64,000 bases of DNA from Octopus bimaculoides. Lineage: Eukaryota. The stretch spans positions 53,124,570 to 53,188,569 of the forward strand of contig NC_068991.1 of the NCBI RefSeq assembly GCF_001194135.2, in the 5' to 3' direction. Under the pieces are notes generated by a model. It saw only the letters and a list, made by a program, of their open reading frames with translations. It searched no databases and was not told the DNA's origin. Both the position numbers and the translations under genes were made by a program. The number at the start of each line of letters is the position of its first letter. Positions within the stretch are counted from its first letter, which is position 1. Shown in pieces: positions 49,393 to 61,540 of the stretch.

Positions 49393-51179
49393 ACTGCTAA
49401 ACAACTACACAATCTTCAGGGATATTAATTATATGAAAAGGTAATAGCTTTAACTTTTTATGCTCATATCACAAACCTCACCCATAACAAAGTTGTTCTT
49501 TAAAAGATTATGGAAGATCATATGACTTACTGTTGCCTTCTGCAACTAACTAGACGAAGTAGCTAGTGGTTAGGGTGGTGTCGATTCCTGGACCTGACAA
49601 TGCATTGTGTTGTTGGGCAAAACACTTCATTTCAAATTGTTCTAGTTCACTCAACTGCAACTGAGGAACCCTGCAACAAACTAGCACCTCATTCAGGAGG
49701 CAATCTTATGATCTTGGTCACCTATACAACATGGAAACCAGGTAATGGCCTCATGCGTCCAGGTACTCAAGATAGTTATGTTCAGGGGTTGATATTTACA
49801 GCAGCTAACCAGCATCTTTGTACAGTAAGTTTTTAAATATTGGAGATCTTCAACCTCCCCCACCACCACCACTCCCACAGACATTTAATTCTGAACACTT
49901 GTTACTTGAAAGACTAGAACAAGAGTATTTGCAACAAAATTGGTGGAAGCTCAATTCTTCCACAAATCAAGTTTATCTTGTATTTGGCCTCATTTAAGCT
50001 ACAATTGTAGATAGTAAAGTTATGTTATTGAAATACCTTTTCCAATGTTAAGAATACAAAAAACTCCAGTACAGACTAAGCTAATTCAAACAAATTTAAT
50101 CACCATGGCTCAAAGTCTTAAAAACCTCAACTAGCTATTTGCAGTAAAATTGTTATATAATGAAGATTAAGGTTGCTCAGCTATTGATAGTTACAGCAAC
50201 ATTCATAGTTTAATTTTTCTTTCATTAGTTATGGAAAGAAATTTAATAGCAAGTCATCAAATCAACCACTTGATAACTGACCTATTTAAAATTTGACAAA
50301 TTTAGACATGTTTATACTTTGTTTTCTTATAGACTAATATGGGTTGTGCAGGTATTACTGTGTGGTTCTGGATCTGACCCAACCTTCACTGCAGATTACC
50401 CGTCACTCAGGTTACACAATCTGTCAACAATTGCGGATGAGCCTTCCAGGCATTTGAAAAAGAAATGGAAAAAATGTTCATATCAAAAATAAAAAGAAAA
50501 GTGAAAACAAATCCAAATTTCTTTTTATTTATCATCTAATATAGTTTAGAAATAATATATTTAAGCTGAAGTCACTTAACTTTTATTCCTACTTGTACAA
50601 TTCTTTTCTACAAATATAAGCCATAGCATTTACACTTAAAAAATGGAGTGGATGGGAAGAAATGAGGAAAAAAGAAAAAAGGAAAAAACGATAAGCAAAT
50701 AATCCTTGAAAATAATTTTGATATAGAAATTTTGAGCTGTGAGAAAATAGCACAAGTGAAAACTGAAGTACTTACATTGAATAGCAAATAAAATGAAAGC
50801 AACAAAAATGTCTACATTGTCTTCATTAAACAGTAAAAATTTTGAATAGTTTTTCATTAATAACTATTTCCATAAAAACAAAAAGGAAAAAAATCTGCGG
50901 ATAGAAGAGATTCGACTTGAAAAGAGGCAATAAGCAGGTAGCTGACAAAGTGTATTACACGTCACAGCAGACAAGAGACAGTACATACCCAGATATAGTT
51001 TACTTTGGATGTTTAAATGCACCTGAACGACGGAAGGAACAGCAGGTTTGAGGCATCTGACAAAAAGTAATTAAGAACCTTCAAGAATGTGAAAAGAGAC
51101 AAGGGTAGGCAATGATTGCTACAAAATATGCCTCATATTAACCAAAGCCTGTGGTATTGTTTTAATAATACCAGCGTAA

Positions 51180-51210
<31 letters not shown>

Positions 51211-51786
51211 TTGGTAATGATTAAGGATTAGTGGCAGCAAATGAACACAAAATGTGCAGTGGATCCATCAACTTAGAATAAATCTGAAGAACTGATTTTG
51301 AAACTTACAATAAAAATTTGAACAGATTTTCAAAACAGCTACAATAAATATATACACAATTTAATGGAAAATATTTATTCCAGCCAATTTAGAAGGTAGT
51401 AACAAAAACACTGATGACAGAAATTCTGTATAACATTTAACAGATTTTTAATAAAAACTGATATAACTAAAATACTTGAATTGCTAAGTCATAGCAAGTT
51501 ATCCAGGCTAACATTTAAGTCATATCAATTTTACTCTACAAACCAAGTAAAAAAAAAAAGTGGTCAGAAGTACAATATTTCCAATTGACAATTGAGTTCT
51601 AATTCTCAATTACAAATATTGCAATCATAGAAATAGTCTTTTAAAAACTTGCATTGAGAGAAAGAGATATGCGGGGAAGCAGGTATTGTATTTATATCAA
51701 CATTTAATATATTTACACACAGACATAATTACATATATAATCATATGTATACATGCATAAATATAATTACATAGAAACATGTACAA

Positions 51787-51818
<32 letters not shown>

Positions 51819-51914
51819 GTACATATATTCACACACATACAAAAAATACATATACATATGTATATAAAGTATGCATGTAGATATATGAACATAAGTAAAT
51901 ATGTACATACACAT

Positions 51915-52880
51915 TGACGAGTTGGACAAAATAACAGAAACATTTTATTCTATTGGTAATATGACGAATTCAAAACTGTTCTAGTATATGTGTCCATATG
52001 CATTATGCATGCCTTGTACTTCATGACATATGTGATATCCAAAGAGGACAAATTGTTGGAACAGAGAAGGCTGGAGCTTCTGTCACTAAAATTGCTGAAT
52101 TGTTTAACATTTTAAGAGGTACAGTCTCTTAAAATCATCTTGGCATTCCAAAACCAAGATCAAACCAGATCTGACATGCATAAATCTGGACAGAAAGAAA
52201 AACTCAGATAGTGGGAATATGGCAGTAAAAATGACAGCAGAGCCAACCCTGTGTTACCCAAAACCGTTTGTTGTGAGTTCCATAAAGATTTCCCGAATGG
52301 CTCAATGGAACAATATCTTTTCCAATGAACCATCATTCACCTCTTTCCTCCCATTTTGAAGCAAATTTTTTTTCTGAAGACTACCCAGATAAGCTTGACT
52401 GCATAGCTCCTACTGTGAAGCATAAAAATGCCTCTGTGATGATTTGGACAGCCTTATGGAATTCTCTTGGCTCTTTAGTTATTCTACATGGAAGAATTAA
52501 TGTCAATAATTATCACAGTATTTTTGGTTGAACGTGTCTATCCAATGGTACAAACATTATTCTCTAATGGCAGCACAATCTTTCAAGGTGATAAAACAAT
52601 TCACATGGCTAATTTGATATGACGAGTTCAAAAGTGAAGCAGACTATATGGATTAGTTCCTACAATCACCAGATCTCAATATAAATGAACATTTATGGGC
52701 ATTAGGGAGTTGCTTTTCTCCACCATCATCACTGAAAGAGCCAAAGTAGGTTTTACTAGAATTGCTCAAAATTTCCCCCGGCAACCACTCAGAACCTATA
52801 AGAGTCAATTCTCCAAGGTGAGGTGGACCAATTTCATATTAACAAAGCACTTTTAAATTGTTTCCATCAGTGTTGACCAA
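51915..52880 (+). mobile_element. Second, more decayed Tc1-like element
   Basis: RGQIVG..AGASVTKIAELF..RGTVS (paired-like HTH) and TVKH..SVMIW...SLG..V.LHGRIN; short degenerate TIRs gttggacaaaat...gaaac. Confidence 0.75.
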
Positions 52881-53286
52881 CATCTGTTTATGTATACACA
52901 CACACACAGTTACTTACATATATAGACAGGATACATATATACATATTGCATATGTACATGCACATACAACTATAGATTTACACATATCTATACACACATA
53001 TACACATGTATACATACATTCATGCATGCACATAAACATACACCAATATATACAAATACATAAACACAAATACACTACATACACATTGATGTGTATGTAA
53101 CCATCAAGTTCAGTCCCACTTTGTGGCAACTTGAACAAGTTTCTTCCACTACAATACCAAGCTCAGACAAAGTCTTGTGAGTGGATTATGCTCATACATC
53201 CAAATATATAGTATACATATACACATCTATTCAGATATAGACACACACATGCAAACCAAAGTTTATGAGTTACTAAGTTTCAGAAA

Positions 53287-53477
53287 TTAATCCTTTAGCA
53301 GTTAAACTGGCTAAGTTGGCCTGAATATTCTGATTTATGTTCAAATTGGCCAGATTTAGCCTCTCACACTACCCCTACATCATTGAAATCTCAAAGCTAC
53401 AAGATATTGCATGATCAATTCAAAGCAATGTGAAATAAGCATTGCATTTGACAGTAATCTGAATGCTAAAGGGTTAA
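53287..53477 (+). mobile_element. piggyBac-type MITE, copy 4
   Basis: ttaa-tcctttagcagttaaactggc...gaatgctaaaggg-ttaa. Confidence 0.7.
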
Positions 53478-53967
53478 AGCTTAAATACATTGAGATTTTA
53501 TATTACTGAGAAGAAAAACAAAACCAAAAAAAAAAAACCCTCACTTTTTCTTGTGATTAATTTCATCTTCAGATAATGAAAAGAATGTGTCTGAAATGTT
53601 CTTAGGTGATTCAAAATGTAAATTTCTTGCAAATCATTTAATGTTCATTTTCCATGCCGACATGAGTTGGACAGTTTGACAGGAGCTGCAAGCTAGAAGA
53701 GCTGCCCAGGCTCCAATTGTCTGTTTCAGCAGACTTTCTATGGCTGGATTGCCTACCTAATGCCAACCATTTTACAGTGTGCACTGGGTAATTTTTATGT
53801 GGCACCAAATTAAGATATCGAATTAAAATCAGTCAGGTAAAATGAAAACAAGAGTTAAACCTAGACACCTTAATGTCCAAGATGAGTTTTTGGTGAGATG
53901 AAATATTAAAAAAAATCATTTATATCTACAGTTTCCCTCTCTAATTGCTATGAGGTGACATTCCTGG

Positions 53968-53998
<31 letters not shown>

Positions 53999-54169
53999 NN
54001 NNNNNNNNNNNNNNNNNNNNNNNNNNNNNNNNNNNNNNNNNNNNNNNNNNNNNNNNNNNNNNNNNNNNNNNNNNNNNNNNNNNNNNNNNNNNNNNNNNGC
54101 AAAGAATGATGTGATTATTGTTATTGTAAATATATATATATATATATATACATACATATATATAGTGTG

Positions 54170-54420
54170 AAGGCACATAGGTGCATGATTTAATGGTTAG
54201 GGTGTTATCTTCACACAAAATCATAGTTTTGATTCCCAGACTGCCAATGTATTGTTTGTGAGCAAGATACTTCATTTCACATTGCTTCAGTCTATGCAGC
54301 TGTAAATGGGTAACCCTGCAATGGAATAGCATTCCAATCAAGGGAAATGTTGGCCTGCCTACCAAGTCAGCAGGGTGGCATCATTTGAAAGCGACAACAG
54401 TGCAAGGAAGCACATTGTGA
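54170..54420 (+). mobile_element. Diverged SINE family C-related element
   Basis: gtgaaggcacataggtgcatgatttaatggttagg...tttgattcccagact head. Confidence 0.5.
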
Positions 54421-56599
54421 CATGCAGAGATATAATACAAAATAGGGTTTGAACTAGAAGCCTTTACTTCTAAGGATAACAACACTTGCCCATTAAACAT
54501 ATGTAATGTTATATTTTATGGCTACTTAAATTTATCTTTCAGGAAAGGTAGTCACATTGATCTGATATTAACAGTGAGATAACTGACTAGATTACTATTA
54601 AACATCATATACAGAAGTTTCCATTTTTTTTTTCATCAATTACAGAAATTTCCTTCCATAGTAGTATATGTTTTCCTTTCTTGCACCATACGCATTCAAC
54701 CGTTCCTCACTTAGCTGTTTCTCCTCTCATTAAGATTTCCAAAGTTCCTCTATTCTGACCTTTAGATGCCAACTTTACTGAAAGATAAATTTAAATAATG
54801 AGAAAATATAACAATTGTATATGCATCAGTTGCCTAGTGAATAAATGTTATTACTCAATTTAAAGATTAAAGTTCCTAGTTCTAATCCAGTTTGGTAATA
54901 CATACATGCTCAAGAATAAGACACCTGATAACAGCGAAATATTGAAACCTAAATAAATATTCATTCTTTTCAACAATTAACCTTTCTCAAGGTGAGGTTA
55001 ATAGTTGGAAAAGCTATTTTATAAAAATGTCTTGGACTATTTAAGTCTTATTTAATAAAAGTCCTCATTTTCATATGGCATGCAAGGGATTGATATGTCA
55101 ACTTAATATTCATATACATTACAGGTGAAGAATGAATCCATGATGATTGTCATTTCTTTCACATGGAACACAAGTGAAATGACTGAGACTTGAGCTGTAC
55201 AGTTTCTGGGCTAGCATACCTCAAAATATTAACAGAACAAAACATTGAAAATGTCACTTGTACTAATCAACCACCAAGCACATTCTAACATTTGTCAAAT
55301 ATATAAAAAACAAAACAAAAAAAAAAGGTGCTTGGAAAAGCTCAGGATATAAAGATGAAATGAGAAACACTGATTATGGTAGAGAAATCTGCCTAGAAAA
55401 AGAAAATTCCTTCAAAGAAAATTCTTATGGTAGATGGTTTGGATATGATCTCAACGACAATAATATTCAGACATTACACAACATAATTTAAATCCTCATA
55501 ATTAGAATGGAGATAAAGAACAAACAATTGGTAAATAGACTTCAGTAAATTGAGAAAGAAAAAAAAAAAATACTAGTCCTGTGGACACCAATGATATTCA
55601 AGGAGAACACACCATTACTATTTGGGGACAGGGGAGGTGCAGCAGGCTTGTGCAGTATCATGCAGAAAATAGATAAGACAAATAGACACACAATTATTAC
55701 TAAGCATACTAATAATTTATAAACATAACAGTGAAAGAATGAGTCAACAGACTGACAAGTTTATCTTGATAATGAATGGTCCTACAAGAGTGAAATGATT
55801 GGTGAAAAAGTATAAAAATATTAAGATATGAAGGGAAAAACATGAAATATTAAAACTACACAACAAATGTAATTTCAGTTTACTTTAATTTAGAAATATT
55901 CCTTCCAAGTAGTGATATTTGGCAAATCAAATATTTTCCTACAATGAATTCCTGATAGCTGACTGAGGATGCAATGAATGATCAAAATAATATGGACACC
56001 TAGATCCAACCATGCCAATGACTAGAAATACAAAAATAATGTTTTGAAAACAAACCATTGCAGCCTTTAATCACAACTAATGACCCTGTAGTCTATGTTG
56101 TAAAGAGGCCCGAAATAAAACAATAACCCTGGTTACTTCAATGAATTATAATTATTAATGTTTCAACTGTAAATCTAAAGAAACTTATGTATATAGACAT
56201 GGTAGAAAAAGAGTGGCAATGGTGGTGGTGATATCTAAGCAAATTCACATTGGCTTGCTGAAGTTCATTTAACTATGGGATGAGGGCAGGGTAACTTAAA
56301 ATTAATTGTATTTGATGGCTTAAAAGAAGCAATAGCATATTAGACATCCCAATTTCAGTAGCACTTACTCAGGAGTAAAATATTTTAGTGCATTAAAGCA
56401 TGAAGTATAGGCCCAGCTTCTCTATAGGTGGGGGTTTTTTTTTGAGACATTTTCTTTGAGAAAAAGGATCTCAAAAACCATCAAATGCAATACCTACTAG
56501 CCAACATGCTTAAGACATTTAGCTGTAATAAATTATGTGACAAATCTGAAAGCATGGATCTAAAATTTATATATCCTGCTGGTAATACATAAAAAGCAA

Positions 56600-56750
56600 C
56601 CAATACACTATAAAGTGGCTGGCGTGAGGAAGGGCATCTGGCTGTAGAAACCATGTCAAAACAGACTGTAGAACCTGGTGCAGCTCCTGGACTCACCAGC
56701 TCCTGTCAAACCATTCAACCCATGCTAGCATAGAAAACTGAAGTTAAATG
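56600..56750 (+). mobile_element. RTE-tail-related repeat
   Basis: ggaagggcatctggctgtagaaaccatg...aaccattcaacccatgctagcatagaaaact. Confidence 0.7.
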
Positions 56751-58084
56751 AAGATTTCACATTAAACCAAACCTAAAAATATAAGCTTAAATACAACAGG
56801 ATTTTGTAACATAGTATTCTAAATTAAGCAACTAAGATGTATAAACTAAATATTCTCTCCTGATACATTATAATGTAGGTTGCACAAATTCAAAGCTGAA
56901 TACAAAATATTTCCAGTGTTTGAAAATCCTAATTTGATTTCTTCAATCAGTCTCATTTCTGAGAAAAATAATTACATTCAATTGTTGTATGACAAGTTCA
57001 ATGCATTGAAAGAGAGAGAGAGAAAGAGAAGGAACGGCAAAACTTAATTTACATTCAACTAAAAGAATTTTGCTCATTTCCTGTTGACTCCCGGAAGTAT
57101 GCTATTATAGTTTTATAGTAACAGAACTGATGCAAACCATTGAATCAGAATTGAAAGCTTATAAACATTTGAGCCTGCATTAGATCAACCTCACAATACT
57201 ATTATTCATAAAAGTTGCTGGCCAGTATTATAGTAGTATACAGTAATAATTTTTAATATGAAACTTCTAGTTTCAAACTCAATCTAGTACTGCCTTAACA
57301 CATTTCTTAAAAGACTAATTTGGAATCAGTGTCACAATTATTGCACTGTATTTATGATAGAATGTATGGAGGAGATAAATTACCAAATTAATATTTTTTT
57401 TAGAGAGAAATCATATGGAAAATATGAAGGTTGTTTAATTTTAAATAAATAAAATATGCCAATATTTTCAATAATTATAGACAATCATAAAAGAAAAAGA
57501 AATACAAATAAAAGTTAAAATATTGAAAACAAAAATTCTTTGCAAGATTCTATAATCATCCTAAAATAAATGTTGCCTAAATAACATTCAGCTTATTCAG
57601 AAGTCAAATTATATTAGAAACAACTGCATTTAGTTAGTCATGAAAACCAGATAAATTCTTTATTTGGATTTGTTTTATTTTGCAATATTAAATATCATTA
57701 AGTCTCTTTTGTCAAACATGATGACCTGATCACTGATATGGCTGTAATAAAACATCAAGTGACCAGGTTACTGATGCAAGATAAAATACAGAAACTTAAT
57801 ACAAATGGTATTACAAAATAAAACAAAAGCCTTTAATATAGGAAGGTGTATGTGTTTTAAAAAGTTTCTCATGACAATACAAGTGCTTCAGTTTGAACAC
57901 AAACTCTTGGATGAAGTCACTCAAGTGCAATTCCAAAATGTTTTGAAGATTTTATTTCTTTAACTGAAGGGCTGAAATAAAGTGCAATCTTCATTCTGGT
58001 GAATACAATATATAAAAAAAATATATAAACATGCAAAAAAAGTAAATGGATGCAAATAGATATACCATATATCTTAATGCTAAA

Positions 58085-58300
58085 AAAAAAAAAAAAAAAT
58101 CTTCACAAACCGTTACTCAGAATTTCTTGTGACCGTTCATTAGACAGTTGTGATAATACTGAATTCAGTATTATCAGTGAAACTGAGTAATAGTTTGTGA
58201 AGATTTTTTTTCAGCTTTATTAAAACAGTTCATTACTCAACCTTTGGTATTCGAGTACTGTTGTCTTCACTTTTGTTTTGCACCTATGTGCTTACTTGTG
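58085..58300. mobile_element. Older inverted pair of the same family as 29635-29858
   Basis: Reverse complement of 58200-58300 aligns with gagtaagcac...gtactc(a/g)aatacc...gagtaat; the inverted arm begins cttcacaaaccgttactcag. Confidence 0.65.
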
Positions 58301-59276
58301 CGTGTGTTTGAATGTGTGTCTAACTCCAAGCAGCTGCAGATGGTTAATTATATACATGTAATTAAATAAAATTATAATATCACTAGTTGATCAGTTGAAT
58401 CATTAACGCCTTTAGTTTATTGATTATTCTAATCAGTTTACCTAAAACCTTTCAGATTCTGAAGCCCTAGTAAATATGGTATTTTTATATTCTATCATGA
58501 AAATAGATAAAAAAAAATAGGATGTTTTGATTAACAGTTTCTCATGCAAAAAGACTTAGTATCCAAGACTGGGCTTGGTTATTTTGAATCTGTATTTGCA
58601 AGCGTTGAACAAGAGGGAGGTAAAGGAAACTAGCTTAGATAATGTAGGAAAGTTGTTAGTGTTAGATGATATAGGAAGAGGAGGATAACATCTGCTCTTG
58701 CAGAGGAAAAGGTTGTACTCTATTACATCCATCTATAAGACTAGCAAAAGTATTCTATAAACTGATCTAATGCAGTTGACAACAGACTAGATGAGAGAAG
58801 AATGAAGCAAAGAATTAAGGTACAAGTTAAAATGCTCAATTATACAATACTACCAAGTATGATCATAGTTGCATTAAAAAAAAAATGTTAATATAATTTG
58901 TGTAAAGAAAGAGTACTTGTGCCACCAATCCTAATAACTAAAATACATTTCAATGAAGACTGCTAACTACCCTATATTAATGACATGCAGTCATCAATAT
59001 ACTCTTCACGCTTCAATTGTGACTACTTAGAACATTTTAGTTGAGATTTTGAGATCCAACTATATATTCACAAATGTTTGTCTGTGCATGTGTATGTATG
59101 CGCACATGCATAGAATACAAGATGCACAACATGTTTGTGAACCATAAAAGAAACAGCAGTGTAATTTGACTGTAAATTTAACTAATTAGCATATCTTATA
59201 CACATGTGTATAAATACATACAGGCACCTGTATCACACACACTGTGTGTGCTCATACATCCACATATATGCATACT

Positions 59277-59712
59277 TATATGTACATACACCTACTTCCA
59301 CTTATCAATCCAAACACATCTATACAGATACATACAATTAAATAGAATCCAGGGAGACTGATGCTGGGTGTACATTGGCTAGGCCTATATTATTTACTAA
59401 AATTGATAGAAATTCAGTGAATTTGTCCTGCTGAGTGGAAAAATTCAATGTTTCAGACAGTTCTTCGGGGAAACGTTGACAGGACATGTATATATGCATA
59501 TACACCTGCTTCCACTTATCAATCCAAACACATAAACATCTATACAGATACATACAATCAAGTAGAACCAAAAGAGACTGATGTTGGGTCTACATTGGCA
59601 AGACCTATAATTATTTAATAAAATTGATAAAAGTTCGGTGAATTTGTCCTGGTGAATGGAAAAATTCAATATTTCAGACAGTTCTTCTGGGAAACGACAG
59701 GATATGTATATA
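59277..59712. repeat. Tandem dimer, period about 221 bp
   Basis: tacacct(a/g)cttccacttatcaatccaaacac...ttcagacagttcttc...gacagga(c/t)atgtatatatg occurs twice. Confidence 0.9.
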
Positions 59713-61218
59713 TGAGGTGTGTGGGTGGCTAATCCTGTTTTAATGCCTACTTTTCCATGCTTTCATGGCTCAGATCAAGTTTACTGAGGCAAATTTCCTA
59801 TAGCAGGATGCCCTTCCTGTCACTAACCCTCATTTGTTTCCAGAGAGGTTTTCAAACTACATTGGATATGAACGATAGTTTATGCAACAAAGACACTCAT
59901 TTACTATCAGGCTATATGAAAACGACAACACACACAAACTCACAAGGATTTGGTTGGTCTGAGGCCAAAGTAAAAGAAAGCCCCATGAAGTAGGACTGAT
60001 TCTAAAATCATGTGGTTGAGAAGCAAACCACTTAACACCTTAGCCCATGTGTGTGTATACACAAACATGTATATTAACACCGATATGATGTCCAATGAGA
60101 CGGTTGGTCTTGGTTGGGACATGTTTACCATGTTACTAAACAGTCATTTTCTCCAATAATTTTGTTGGACTGAACCAGGGCCAGTAAAGAAATCATAGTT
60201 GAAGCTGACTTCAAAGTTATTTGAAAGGTCTGAATTGTGGCCATTATCTTCCTGTCAGAACTTAACCTATTTGACAATTACATATATAATAATAACCTTT
60301 CCTTAATTACTGACAAAAAAAACGTTAATACTTTATGAAAACAATGTACTCTATCAAAACAAATGGTTTTAGCTACAACAAATAAATTGTAAGCGTTGCC
60401 AAAACATTGCTGTGTAAAGAGTATTTATGAAATGGAAACCAATAAATTAAAATGAATTCTTTATAAGAATAGAATCCATAAACGCTTGTCCTGTTGCAGT
60501 GAACATATTTCTTGGGTGTATGTCAACATTTGATTCCAACTGGAATATCTTTGTCAGGACTACAAACAATAAAATATTTTGCAACCATCACAAGCAGTTG
60601 CTGACTATTTCACATCCAGCAATGATTATATTTATCCAATGTAAATCTATTCGTATTTTCAGACAGTATTTACAAGGACTTCAATGATGATACTTATGTC
60701 TTAACAACAAATTGTTTATCTTTGTAAACAATTTGCAAGTCTTTTGGTTTTGATATGTTCACCATGAAAAGTGAATATAAAAATTCAAGACCTGTTTTCT
60801 TTCACCTTTTCTTCACTGTATGTTATACCAAGAAGAACACAGAAGCAGGGGGCAACAACTCGTGCTAGTTGCCAGACTGTTTATATAGCTCTCCAGCACA
60901 AGTAAGCATAAAATGTGCTTAGTACCAATTGGAAGCCATCTTGAAGCATCTCAAGGAGAAACAAGAACTGCATTGACACTCCAGTATGAAACCCCTTAGA
61001 TTTAAATCCATTGAAGAATATAACTATAGGCCTTCAAGTTAGAGCTCTGCTAATTATATTCCGAATGAGACTGCTGAGCAGGTGATACTCTTTCAGAAAA
61101 GCCCCAAAACTTTCAAACCTCAAAACAGCTTGTGTAGCTGTAGAGTTGAAGTAAATGGCCTACAATATTTCAAGGAACTCACAAACTATGCAATGCCTGT
61201 GAGATAGCTATCAGAAAA

Positions 61219-61256
<38 letters not shown>

Positions 61257-61299
61257 GCTGTCTAAGATAGTGAATTGCAGGTGAGTCTTCTTTTTACAT

Positions 61300-61540
61300 G
61301 CCAACATCATTTAACGTCTGCTTTCCATGCTGGCATGGGTTGGACAGTTTGACTGAGGATTAGTAAACCAGGAGGCTGCACCAGGTTCCAATCCAATGTG
61401 ACAAAGTTTCTACAGCTGGACACACTTCCTAATGCCATCCACTCCGAGTGTAGTGGTTGCCTTTTAAGTGCCAGTCAGGTGGCACTGGTATCAGTCATGC
61501 TTGAATGGCACTCTTTACATGCCACCAGCATGTTCTTCAC
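61300..61540 (-). mobile_element. RTE-tailed repeat
   Basis: catcatttaacgtctgctttccatgctggcatgggttggacag...cactccgagtgtagtgg. Confidence 0.8.

Noticed and set aside
5577-54365. Many listed ORFs rich in IY/YI/TH/CV dipeptides or X
   Set aside because: They are translations of (TA)n, (CA)n and (ATCT)n microsatellites and N-gaps, not genes.
60480-60720. Cys/His-containing minus-strand translations
   Set aside because: All frames are interrupted by stops, with no clear splice sites or recognisable domain.
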